A program made the position numbers and the translations under genes. This document shows positions 19,452-28,972 of a stretch of DNA of 64,000 nt, piece after piece. The stretch's first letter is position 1. The number at the start of each line of letters is the position of its first letter. Origin of the DNA: Salinispira sp. (lineage in GTDB: Bacteria > Spirochaetota > Spirochaetia > DSM-27196 > Salinispiraceae); contig OZ271918.1 in the NCBI GenBank assembly GCA_965602015.1, positions 3,488,001 to 3,552,000 on the forward strand, in the 5' to 3' direction. The notes under the pieces were generated by a model. It was not told the DNA's origin. It saw only the letters and a list, made by a program, of their open reading frames with translations, and ran no database searches.

Positions 19452-21484
19452 TAAAACTCGGTGTTCTCAAAAAAGTAGACCTGGGTAGTGCTCGGTCCGT
19501 AAACGCTGCCGTACACCGCGACGAACAGATCGACGTCTCCGTCGGCATCGATGTCAGCTGCGTCTAGTTGGATAACAGGGCTGGTAAGCTGGGCAAGGCC
19601 GAAGGGATTTATCGTCGCCTGATCAAAATCCAGACGCTGCCGGTCACCGATGTTTTCGATAAAGTAAAAATCGCCCTCCTGGCTGAGGGTGAAGACGTCA
19701 ATATCCCCGTCCCGGTCGAAATCCGTGGCGGCGATCCGGGGATTTGAACCGGTATTTATGGGCAGGGGCCGGCTGTCTACCAGACCGTAAGGGGCGTAAT
19801 AGGAGAAATCCGGAGCAGTCGTGCTGCCGTTGTTTCTGCTCAAGGTCAGGCTCCCTTCGGAGTTGGCATATACCAAGTCGAAATCTCCATCGAAATCGAG
19901 GTCCGCCGCGGCGAAACGACGGGCATAGGTGGAGTATTGGAGGGACGCGGTGAGCGTTACATCATTGGTAAAATCCATCGAGTTGACGCTTCCTTCATTC
20001 TCCACAATTTCGGTGTAAAAACTGCCGTATTGCTCATTGATCTGGATTAAATCCAGATCGCCGTCGGGATCGACACTAATAAACGAGAAGTCCGTCACCG
20101 TGTAATACAGGTCAGATGGCATATTAATCGGATTCGTTCCGGTCCGCGGTTCAAACACCGGGGAAGCAGCGCCGCCCGAGTTGTATTGGACAAAAATCTC
20201 CGGAGTTACCGATGTGGTCAGTTGACGAAATACCGCATCGAGATCGCCGTCGCCGTCAATATCGGCCAGGGCAAAACTGTATTCGTAATAGGTTTCGTAA
20301 GGATTCAGCCCGAAAGCGATTCCCGTATCACGGACATTTGTAGTTTCCTCCGGCGCGGCGAAGGCCGGAGCACTGTCATTTCCGTATGTGAACACCGCTG
20401 CGGCGCTATCGGTCAAGCCGCGGTCATCGGTAACCGTCAGTTCAACATCGAAAATATCGAACTCGTTGAAGCTTACGCTTCCGCTGACCCCGCTTTCATT
20501 GTAGACCTGAGCGTAGTTCCGGCCGGTAAAAGTCCAGGAGTAGGTCAGACCGCCGCCCTCGGGGTCCGATGATGCGCTGCCGTCGAAGGTAAACACATTG
20601 TCATTCTGCTGATTCTGATCCGGTCCAGGGTCTGCTACCGGAGGAAGGTTTATGCTGTGGGCAAACACTGCGGTATCTGTTGCCGTGAGGCCGTCGGGAT
20701 CCTGGACGGTGAGGGTGACGTCAAAAATGTCCTCTTCCGGAAGGGCGACGATGCCGGTAACTCCCACCGCGCTGTGACTTGCGGCGCTGTTGCGGCCGAC
20801 GAAGGTCCAGCTGTAGATAAGTGTATCGCCGTCGGGGTCCGAAGAGCCGCTGCCGTCATAGGTGAAATACTGATCATCGGTCTGGCTCTGGTCGGCGCCG
20901 GCGTCTGCCACCGGGGATTGATTGGCAGCGATGATCTGATGGGTAAAAACTGCGCTGTCCCTGCTCATGGCCCCGTGTTCATCGGTGACCGTGAGCACCG
21001 CATCAAAAATATCTTCCTCGTTCAGGGCGATGGACCCAGCCGCGCTATCGGCCTGATATTCTGCGGAGCTGTTGCGTCCGGTGAACGTCCAGGAATAGTC
21101 CAGGGAATCCCCGTCGGGATCTGAGCTGGCCGAACCGTCAAATGAAAATTCCGCAGGGCTTTGGGTTATGTCGCCCCCCGCATCGGCTTCCGGCGGATGG
21201 TTAGTGAACTCGCGTAGATTGGCATGCCCCAGATTCAGTTCCGACAGTGTGCAGGCATTGCCGCTGATAAGCAGTCCTGCGGTAAGGAGTGCTGCGACGG
21301 CTCCCGGGCCGGCTGACCCTTCACGGACGAGACTGTTGAGCATGCGTTTGATTTCTCCGACCCGTCTGGTTCTATGTATAAGAGAAAGACTGTAGAAGTG
21401 ACCCGTTTCAAGGTCGCGAATTAATTCTGAATTGAGTTGAGCCAGTCTGTTTATTGCTTCTCTGTTCCGGATGCTCATGGCCAT
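19451..21484 (-). CDS. Lipoprotein with three PKD-like domains and C-terminal FG-GAP/VCBS-like repeats
   Basis: Three PxAD.G.D...DGS.SSDP.G..L.YSWTF.GRN units and five DxDxDGDxD-type loops. Lipobox-like SGNAC at residue 78. Confidence 0.85.
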   Translation of the reverse strand: MAMSIRNREAINRLAQLNSELIRDLETGHFYSLSLIHRTRRVGEIKRMLNSLVREGSAGPGAVAALLTAGLLISGNACTLSELNLGHANLREFTNHPPEADAGGDITQSPAEFSFDGSASSDPDGDSLDYSWTFTGRNSSAEYQADSAAGSIALNEEDIFDAVLTVTDEHGAMSRDSAVFTHQIIAANQSPVADAGADQSQTDDQYFTYDGSGSSDPDGDTLIYSWTFVGRNSAASHSAVGVTGIVALPEEDIFDVTLTVQDPDGLTATDTAVFAHSINLPPVADPGPDQNQQNDNVFTFDGSASSDPEGGGLTYSWTFTGRNYAQVYNESGVSGSVSFNEFDIFDVELTVTDDRGLTDSAAAVFTYGNDSAPAFAAPEETTNVRDTGIAFGLNPYETYYEYSFALADIDGDGDLDAVFRQLTTSVTPEIFVQYNSGGAASPVFEPRTGTNPINMPSDLYYTVTDFSFISVDPDGDLDLIQINEQYGSFYTEIVENEGSVNSMDFTNDVTLTASLQYSTYARRFAAADLDFDGDFDLVYANSEGSLTLSRNNGSTTAPDFSYYAPYGLVDSRPLPINTGSNPRIAATDFDRDGDIDVFTLSQEGDFYFIENIGDRQRLDFDQATINPFGLAQLTSPVIQLDAADIDADGDVDLFVAVYGSVYGPSTTQVYFFENTEF
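20383..21202 (-). repeat. Three tandem ~90-aa PKD-like domain repeats (intragenic)
   Basis: Repeated peptide motifs are visible in the translation. Confidence 0.8.
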
Positions 21485-22095
21485 ATAAGTCTCCCGGCGT
21501 ACGATGCACTCAGCAGCTTGTCACCCTCTGCCTTGAAGCGCACATCCACGGGAACCTGGGGGAAGTTTTCGCTGCCGCTGATTATCAGTGCGTAGCCCTG
21601 AAGTCCTCCGGTCCGCGGAAGATCCGTATACCTGTTGATGAAGCTGCCGTTTATATGCAAATCGTAATTTCCGGCGGCATTCTGCGTGAGGCGTATAATA
21701 TTCGTATCACCGTAGGCGCTGAGTATCGAGGGCTCCTGGGTCCAGGCGCAGTGGCTGCGGTAGGTGCCGTTTACCAGGGACTCGACGCAGTAGGCCCCGT
21801 CCAGCGATATAAGTACAAGGGTATAATTGCTTTCGTCGAGGTAGTTCACCAGCATGCCGTATCCTGCGCTGTAGTCTCCGCTCATTTTCTTCACCTGCAG
21901 CTCGTACGCGGAAAACGGCTCCTGACTAAGATCGCTCAGCGGCAGGTAAGCAAGGCTCTCGGCCACCAGCTGATTATTCGATGAGAACTGCCGGAAACCC
22001 TGGGCGTCGGGCTCCCAGGGTATGGTGACTACCCTGTTTTCGCCGCAGGAAACCAGGAGGAAAACCGATAACATCAGGAAAATGAATGTTCGCAT
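21475..22095 (-). CDS. Hypothetical lipoprotein
   Basis: MRTFIFLMLSVFLLVSC signal peptide and lipobox, beta-rich mature part. Overlaps the start of the PKD gene. Confidence 0.75.
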   Translation of the reverse strand: MRTFIFLMLSVFLLVSCGENRVVTIPWEPDAQGFRQFSSNNQLVAESLAYLPLSDLSQEPFSAYELQVKKMSGDYSAGYGMLVNYLDESNYTLVLISLDGAYCVESLVNGTYRSHCAWTQEPSILSAYGDTNIIRLTQNAAGNYDLHINGSFINRYTDLPRTGGLQGYALIISGSENFPQVPVDVRFKAEGDKLLSASYAGRLIWP

Positions 22096-22200
22096 AAGTA
22101 AACCCTCATTCACAATAATGCGTTTGGGGTGTCAGCGCAATAGTTTATCGGTATTAATGAGATTTTTTATCGAGGAAAATTCGAATTGTGTGTGAAAATA

Positions 22201-22938
22201 TCAATCGTTGAGCAATGTGGACCATCGGTATACATCGGTGCGCCACTTGAGAGTGTATCCGTTGTTCATTGCGACGCGAAGAGAGCCGGGGTTTCCGTCC
22301 CAGGTGCGCCATAGCGGAGTGCGTCCGTTAGCCAGACAGGCCGCGGTAACCTCACCCACCAATGAGGACCCCAGTCCTCGCCCCCGGCTGTCGGGATGAA
22401 TGAGGATGCCCGTGTCCGAAAGTCCCTTCTCCCAAACCCGGTACCCCGCATACCCAACGGGAATGTTGCCGTAATAGGCCATGCGGATTTCCTCATCGGG
22501 ATCGTCGACGTCGATGAGCGCGTCTTCTACGTCGCTTTTGCTGTTTCGATCCAGAAAAGCTTGTATGGTCTGATGATCTCCCGGATCGATTTTGCGAATC
22601 TCAAAACCGTCGGGGTGTGTAAAATCCGGTCCGCTTTCTTCTTCATAGATCAGATGAGGATGACGTTCCTCAAGCTCCCAGCCCGTGAACCGTTTCCCCA
22701 GTTCTTCCGCCGTGCAGCGTTGCAGGAAGTGATCGCCGAGGTAGTCTGATAATTCCGGCGATACGGTAATGAGGGTTTTTTCAAGCGGCCGGGTGATGTA
22801 GAGGTTTTGTTCGCCCGAGAGACCCTCGATAACCCGAATGGCGTTGCCGACCTCTGTCATTTCATCCGCTTCGATGCCGTAGAGCTCGGCATATACCTCA
22901 AGGAGTACCTGCTCGGCTTTGCTGCGGGTCCTTTCCAT
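22201..22938 (-). CDS. GNAT family acetyltransferase
   Basis: HPDSRGRGLG acetyl-CoA motif, NPGSLRVA. Confidence 0.8.
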   Translation of the reverse strand: MERTRSKAEQVLLEVYAELYGIEADEMTEVGNAIRVIEGLSGEQNLYITRPLEKTLITVSPELSDYLGDHFLQRCTAEELGKRFTGWELEERHPHLIYEEESGPDFTHPDGFEIRKIDPGDHQTIQAFLDRNSKSDVEDALIDVDDPDEEIRMAYYGNIPVGYAGYRVWEKGLSDTGILIHPDSRGRGLGSSLVGEVTAACLANGRTPLWRTWDGNPGSLRVAMNNGYTLKWRTDVYRWSTLLND

Positions 22939-22953
22939 ATGTTCACCTCACCG

Positions 22954-24696
22954 TTATTGTTGTTCACCGGAGGCCAGATTTTCCACATAGCCCGCGTAGA
23001 CGCCGGATTGAGCCATGAGTTCCTCATGACTGCCCCGTTCGACGACCAGGCCGTCTTCCAGAACCAGAATGATGTCCGCATGCCGAATAGTGGATAATCG
23101 GTGGGCGATGACGAAGCTGGTCCGGCCCTCCATCAGCGGAACCAGCGCCTTCTGGACCATGGCCTCGGTTTCGCTGTCCAGGTAGGCGCTGGCCTCGTCG
23201 AGGATGAGAATGGACGGATTGCGTATCAGCGCCCGGGCGAAGGCTATGAGCTGTTTTTGGCCCAGAGAGATATTGTTCCCGTTTTGACCCAGTTCGCTGT
23301 GGTATCCTTTAGGAAAGCCCTCGATCATCCGATGTATTCCCAGTGTTTTTGCGACCTGCACGATTTCATCCATCTCCGCATCGGGCTTCCCGAATCTGAT
23401 ATTCTCAGCCACGCTGCCGGAAAAAATCTGCGGATCCTGCATAACCGAGGACATTCCGGACCTGAGGGATCTCTGCGCGAAGTCTCTGATGTTCCTGCCG
23501 TCTATCAGTATCTCGCCGGAACTGCAGTCGTAAAACCGGTTTATGAGATTCACCGTTGTCGATTTGCCGGAACCGGTGTGCCCGACGATGGCGCACATGG
23601 ATCCCGCCGGGATAAAAAAGCTGATGCCCCGAAGCACCGGTTCGTCTGCTTCGTATGAAAACTCCACATTGCGGAATTCCACATCCCCCCTAAGAGAGCA
23701 ATCTTCTATCGCCCCAGGGGCGTCCTCAACCTTCACCGGCTCCTCGAGAACTTCGAAAATGCGCTGGCCGGAAACCACCGCCCTGCTCATTTGATTGAGC
23801 ATGTTGCTGATTTTTTGCATCGGCTGGAATAGCCGGGTCACGTAATTCAGAAATGCGACGATCACCCCCAGCGTGATGAGTTGGTAGTGAAGAAGTACCC
23901 CCCCGACGAGTATCACCAGCCCCTGGCTGACGGTATTGAGGGATGCCACCGACTGCCAAAAAATGGCGTGAAGGGGGTAAAATTTACGGGTGCTGTGGTA
24001 ATACTCTCCGTTGAGTCTTTGAAACTCAGCGATGTTCCGTTCTTCCCTGGCGAAGGCCTGTATCACCTTTATTCCCGAGAGGGATTCGTTGAGAAAATTG
24101 TTTACCCCGGACAATTCCCTCTGAATCCTGGAGGCAACCTCCATGATGTAGTTCCTTAATACGAAGACGATAACTGCCAGGAGCGGAACGACAAAAAGCA
24201 GAATGAGGCTGAGTCTGGGGTTGAGGCTTATCATGGTGATGATCAGGCCGAGTATCATTAACACATCGACAAGAACCGTATCGAGCCCGGCCATCAACAG
24301 TTCTTCCAGCACCTGAACGTCGCTGGTGACCCTGGTGATGAGGGTTCCCGACTTGTTTTTATCGAAGAAATGTATCGACTGACCCTGGATTTTGGAAAAT
24401 AGGTCCCTGCGCAATGAAAAGAGGACCCGGTTGCCGATTTTCATCATGAGACGGCCCTGAATTCTGAAGCTGATAAACTGCAGGGCTGCGGCAAGTCCGA
24501 CGTAGATCGCCATCCGCAGCATCACGTTCCGGTCGCCGGGGACGATGCCGAAGTCGATGGCCCTCTGGATGAGCAGGGGGATCAGGATGAGGGATAACAC
24601 GTTGAGCACGGCAAAAATATACATGACCGCTATGGCTGCACGGTGGGGTGCCAGGTAGGCGATGAGTTTTTTGAGAAAAATTTTGAGGTCTTTCAT
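22954..24696 (-). CDS. ABC exporter subunit (TMD + NBD)
   Basis: GHTGSGKS, degenerate signature ISLGQ, ILDEA, IAHRLST. Confidence 0.92.
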   Translation of the reverse strand: MKDLKIFLKKLIAYLAPHRAAIAVMYIFAVLNVLSLILIPLLIQRAIDFGIVPGDRNVMLRMAIYVGLAAALQFISFRIQGRLMMKIGNRVLFSLRRDLFSKIQGQSIHFFDKNKSGTLITRVTSDVQVLEELLMAGLDTVLVDVLMILGLIITMISLNPRLSLILLFVVPLLAVIVFVLRNYIMEVASRIQRELSGVNNFLNESLSGIKVIQAFAREERNIAEFQRLNGEYYHSTRKFYPLHAIFWQSVASLNTVSQGLVILVGGVLLHYQLITLGVIVAFLNYVTRLFQPMQKISNMLNQMSRAVVSGQRIFEVLEEPVKVEDAPGAIEDCSLRGDVEFRNVEFSYEADEPVLRGISFFIPAGSMCAIVGHTGSGKSTTVNLINRFYDCSSGEILIDGRNIRDFAQRSLRSGMSSVMQDPQIFSGSVAENIRFGKPDAEMDEIVQVAKTLGIHRMIEGFPKGYHSELGQNGNNISLGQKQLIAFARALIRNPSILILDEASAYLDSETEAMVQKALVPLMEGRTSFVIAHRLSTIRHADIILVLEDGLVVERGSHEELMAQSGVYAGYVENLASGEQQ

Positions 24697-26501
24697 TATG
24701 CGCCTCCGCTCATGGCATCTTCGCCGATTGAACCGAAATTCATCTGGGTTTGGTAGGCCGAACGGTATACCGGGCTTTTTTTCAGGAGCCCTTCATGGGA
24801 ATCCATGTGATCGACCCTCCCCTCGTGAAGGACGATGATCCGGTCCGCAAGACGGAGGGTGGACATCCTTTGGGCGATGATCACCGTTGTTCTTCCGGAC
24901 ATCAGTTGGCGCAGTTCTTCCTGGATTTCCCGCTCGGTTCGGCTGTCCAGGCTCGATGTGCAGTCGTCGAGGATGAGTATCGAGGGGTCCTTGAGGATGG
25001 CCCGGGCGATTGCAATGCGCTGTTTCTGACCTCCGGAAAGCCCCAGACCGAATTCGCCTACGGTGCTGTCGTAGCCGTCGGGTAGCGTCATGATGTGGTC
25101 GTGAATCCGCGCAGCCTTGGCCGCCTCGATGATTTCTTCCCTGCAGGCTCCCGGCCGGCCGTAGGCGATATTGTCCATGATGCTCATTGAAAACAGGAAG
25201 CTTTCCTGCAGCACCATGCCTATCCTGCTGCGCAGGTACTCCAAATCCCAATCCTCCAAAGCTGCGCCATCGAGGGTAATTGAACCCTTGTCAGCCTGGT
25301 AGAATCGGGGAATCATGGAAATCATGGAGCTCTTCCCGGAGCCGGTTAGGCCGAATACCGCCACACGCTCGCCGGGCTTGATGCAAAAATTGACATTTTC
25401 CAGGACCGGAGCGCTGCCCTCGGGATAGGAAAAACTTACGGACTCGAACCGGAGTTCGCCCCGAATCCGGTCGCGCCGGTGTCCGGTATCCAGATGCCTC
25501 TGGTCCGGCTGAGAAAGAATCTGGTGGATCCGTGCCGTCGCACCCGAAGCCAGGCTCATGGTGCTGGTATTGAATGCCAGGATGTACATCGGGAAACCGA
25601 TAATCGCTAAGTAGGTCATGAAGCCCAGCAGGGTTCCCAGGGTCATGCCGGCGGAGCCCTCGAGAATTTGCCAGCCGCCGTAGAGAACGATAATCAGCGA
25701 TCCGATAGTGTTGGTGAGGATGAGCACGGGATTCATCCGTGCCTGGAGGTCGGCGGCCTCGGTCGAGGATTCCAGGAGGGTTTCGTTGGCCTGGGAAAAT
25801 CCGCTAATTTGGTGATTCTCAAGTGCGAGGGCTTTGATGATGCGGATCCCGTACAAGTTTTCCTGCAGGAAGCTGGAGAGTGCACCGGTACTCTGCTGCT
25901 TTCTGACCACTGCGCTGTTCATGCGGCTGCTGAAATAGATCACCATATAGAGAATCACCGGGATAATGCTGTACACCACAAGGGCCAATCGCCAGTTCTG
26001 CCAGAGCATGAGGCCGAGCACCGCGGTGGTGATAAGAACCACCCTGACCCGGTGTTCTATACCGAATGCGAAAAAGTTCCGGAGCATTTGAACGTCCGAG
26101 GAAACCCGGGACATCAGGTCTCCGGTTCGGGCGCTATCATAAAACGGAGCGGGAAGATGCTGCAGTTTTTCGAACAGCTCGTTTCGGATGTCCCGTACCA
26201 CGGTTTCAGCCAGGTACCAGAAGCTCCGAATCATCAGGTGGACCATCCCGCCCCGGACAAGGCCGGCGGCAATTATCAATCCACCAAAGAGAAAAAGAGG
26301 CGGAAGAGAACCTTCGCTGCCGAGATTGGGATAAATATTGTCGGTAACGTGTCTGATTAGCAGCGGCAGGGTATAGGCGAGAATATCGATGATTACCATA
26401 AAAGCGAGCGCGGTAATCAGCGCTTTGCGGTGCCTTTTGAGAATATGAGCGAAGGGTTTAATGATGCCCCGAAGGCCGTTGTACGTGTTTTGCTTTGTGA
26501 T
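24696..26501 (-). CDS. ABC exporter subunit (TMD + NBD), heterodimer partner
   Basis: GLTGSGKS, LSGGQ, degenerate ILDDC and IAQR. The frame is open upstream of ATG 26399 to an AUC at 26501 preceded by AAGGAG. Confidence 0.9.
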   Translation of the reverse strand: MTKQNTYNGLRGIIKPFAHILKRHRKALITALAFMVIIDILAYTLPLLIRHVTDNIYPNLGSEGSLPPLFLFGGLIIAAGLVRGGMVHLMIRSFWYLAETVVRDIRNELFEKLQHLPAPFYDSARTGDLMSRVSSDVQMLRNFFAFGIEHRVRVVLITTAVLGLMLWQNWRLALVVYSIIPVILYMVIYFSSRMNSAVVRKQQSTGALSSFLQENLYGIRIIKALALENHQISGFSQANETLLESSTEAADLQARMNPVLILTNTIGSLIIVLYGGWQILEGSAGMTLGTLLGFMTYLAIIGFPMYILAFNTSTMSLASGATARIHQILSQPDQRHLDTGHRRDRIRGELRFESVSFSYPEGSAPVLENVNFCIKPGERVAVFGLTGSGKSSMISMIPRFYQADKGSITLDGAALEDWDLEYLRSRIGMVLQESFLFSMSIMDNIAYGRPGACREEIIEAAKAARIHDHIMTLPDGYDSTVGEFGLGLSGGQKQRIAIARAILKDPSILILDDCTSSLDSRTEREIQEELRQLMSGRTTVIIAQRMSTLRLADRIIVLHEGRVDHMDSHEGLLKKSPVYRSAYQTQMNFGSIGEDAMSGGA

Positions 26502-26600
26502 TCCGTGCTCCTTGAGGATGACCTGTGGTTATCGGGACAGTCTACTTGCGATGATTTTCCCTGTCGATAGGAAGGGAATCCGCCGGAACATTTCCCGACC

Positions 26601-28445
26601 TTACAAAATAGTATTGGCACGCAGGTTATTGATGGAGGGTAGGCGCATCGGCGCTTTGAGTGAGAAGTTCCCTGATGCGTTCTGTGCTTCGTTTCCCGCC
26701 AATTCTTGAAGCCGGGATGGGTCGGCACCATATTCCCGGGCGCAATACTCGATATCTTCTTCATCAAGTTGGAGGCCCTGATATCTGAGAAGATTTTGAA
26801 TGGTCTCGTGGAGCGCTTCCATAGCGGGGTACCGCTCTTCAGCGACAGGAGTTAGACCCCACAGACTGCCGGCCGTACCGGTACGGTGTTTTCCGCTGCG
26901 GCTTATATATGCGGAAGCGGTACGTTCTATTGCTCTTTGAACGGGGATTTCCTCCAACGGGAGGTAGTCATCGGCAATTAGAAGCAGATCGATGGCCAGC
27001 TCTTTCTGATCATTCATGTGAATTCTACGATCTTCATGGACTTCATCAAATTCCTGGAGTTTTTCCATGACGTGCCGGGCAAACGGCAAAATCTTTTTGT
27101 CAGGAAGGACGAGAGTAGACGGTATAAGCGTGATTCCCGTCCCCCGACCGCCTTTTCGCAAAAGACTCACACGCTCAGGACTCCAGGTCTCATTGGCCTT
27201 CAGCAGCGTTCCCATTTTTCTCCATGCACTGCTGAATTTCTCATATGAATCACAGACTGCTTTGCTTTTTTGCTCCAAATCCTTATAGAGCTCACAGCAG
27301 CGCCGGGTATGGGGAGAGTTCCGCTCTTTTCCGTGAAGCAGCTTACTCATGGCTTCCACAATTCTTTCCTGCAGAACCTGTGCTGAACGAATATCGGGGA
27401 TGCTGGCTATTATCCTGTGGATCCCGGCTCCCCGCCTTTTTCGCGGTTTGATCATCAGGGATGAAGCCCTTTCGGCGAGTCGGGGCAGGGGCATATAGAG
27501 CTGTTCCGCGAGGATTCGTATTCGGTCATTGCGGCGATATAGTGACTTCCGGTACTCGCTCTGGGCTTTTTGAAGCTCACGGGCTGCGGAGGTGTATCTG
27601 CTGTTCCCCCGGTACTCCACCCGAAAACGCGGGAAACTTCTGCCGTTGATGATCTAGAATATAAGAATGCAAATTTCTTCGGCATCCGCCAAGGACATCC
27701 GATCAATATCGTCCCGGTCCGCCGCCTCATAACAGCGGCCGATAAATCCTTTTGTCCGTTCGCGCCCGGTGCGCGGATCGCTACGCACTTCGCTGAGCCG
27801 CCGCAGAAGCATTGACGCGACGGTTTCCGAAACCCTGTCGAGGGTTTCGCGGTGAGGTTCAATGAGGGGCTCCAGTTCAGATATGACGTCCCTCGCCCGG
27901 GCATCCAGTCCGCTCGAGCGGAAGGATTCCAGCCGTCGGGCACCGCTGGACAATCTCTCATCACCCAGAACATCCCAGACTGCCGTCGATAAGGCGTCGG
28001 CTCCTGCCCGCGGGTTTTCCAATAGATATTTGGCTCCGAGAACCCGACGTCCGTAGTCGTCGAGGGAGGTCAGCAGAAGATTCCGTATTTCTATTACCCG
28101 CTGGGGCAGAGCATCGAAAACATACTCCAGTGCGGACAGATCGGAACTTTTATCGTCGCCTCGGGTCGCATTGTATAAAAACCGTGCCGCCAGAGCGAAG
28201 ATGCCCGCAACCGCCGTATATCCTGCGAAATAAATAAACGAAGTGGAAGGAGCCGCGCTGCCGTATGCTATGTAGTACCCGCTTTGCAATCCAAGATAGG
28301 TTACCGGTCCTGCTGTCCAGGCAATCTGAAGGATTGAACGGCCCCACCTCTCCTTTTTCGCAGCGCCCCGGATACGTCTCATCAAGGAGGAAGCCAGTCG
28401 GTATGACGGGGACGTCGTTGATTGTGAGGAACGAAGACTGTCCAT
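26601..28445 (-). pseudogene. Large hypothetical membrane-anchored protein interrupted by one in-frame TAG (27654-27656)
   Basis: ORFs 27654..28445 and 26601..27620 are in the same frame. The junction reads ...LIF-TAG-IINGRSFPRFRVEYRGN, with no SD before the second part. Confidence 0.7.
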
Positions 28446-28525
28446 TCGGCTATTTCACACAAAAACCCTGCCGCTGTAAAGCGGCGCTATGGTGAATGGG
28501 GCTATCAGTCTGCTAAGCTTGGCTG

Positions 28526-28909
28526 ATGGACATTATTATTATTTTCGGACCTCCGGCGGTAGGTAAAATGAGCGTCGGCCGGGCTCTTGCTGACAAGACA
28601 GGGTACAAACTCTTTCATAATCACGTGATTATTGAGCTGCTTCTTGAGTTCTTTGAATACGGCAGTCCGCCGTTTAATGCGCTCCGCAGGGATTTCAGGA
28701 GCCGGATTATTGCCGAACTTCGCGAAAGCGGAGCTTCAGGTGTAGTCTTTACCTACGTCTGGGCACTCGACGATCCACGGGATGAGGCGGAGCTTGCGGG
28801 GTACTTCGAGGGAATCGGGATCGATCTTGCCCAGGTGAAATTCGTTGAACTCTACGCCGATCAGGCAGTCCGTCTTGAGCGAAACACCGGCGAGTTCCGG
28901 CTGAGATGA
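28526..28909 (+). pseudogene. P-loop (AAA_33 / shikimate-kinase-like) protein, apparently C-terminally truncated
   Basis: GPPAVGKM P-loop and LFHNH motif. Ends abruptly at RLERNTGEFRLR with TGA TAG after only 127 aa. Confidence 0.55.
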
Positions 28910-28972
28910 TAGTTCGGTTTTTTAATCTGCCCATTGTGGCAAAATCCATAAAAGCATAAAAGGAAGACAGTA

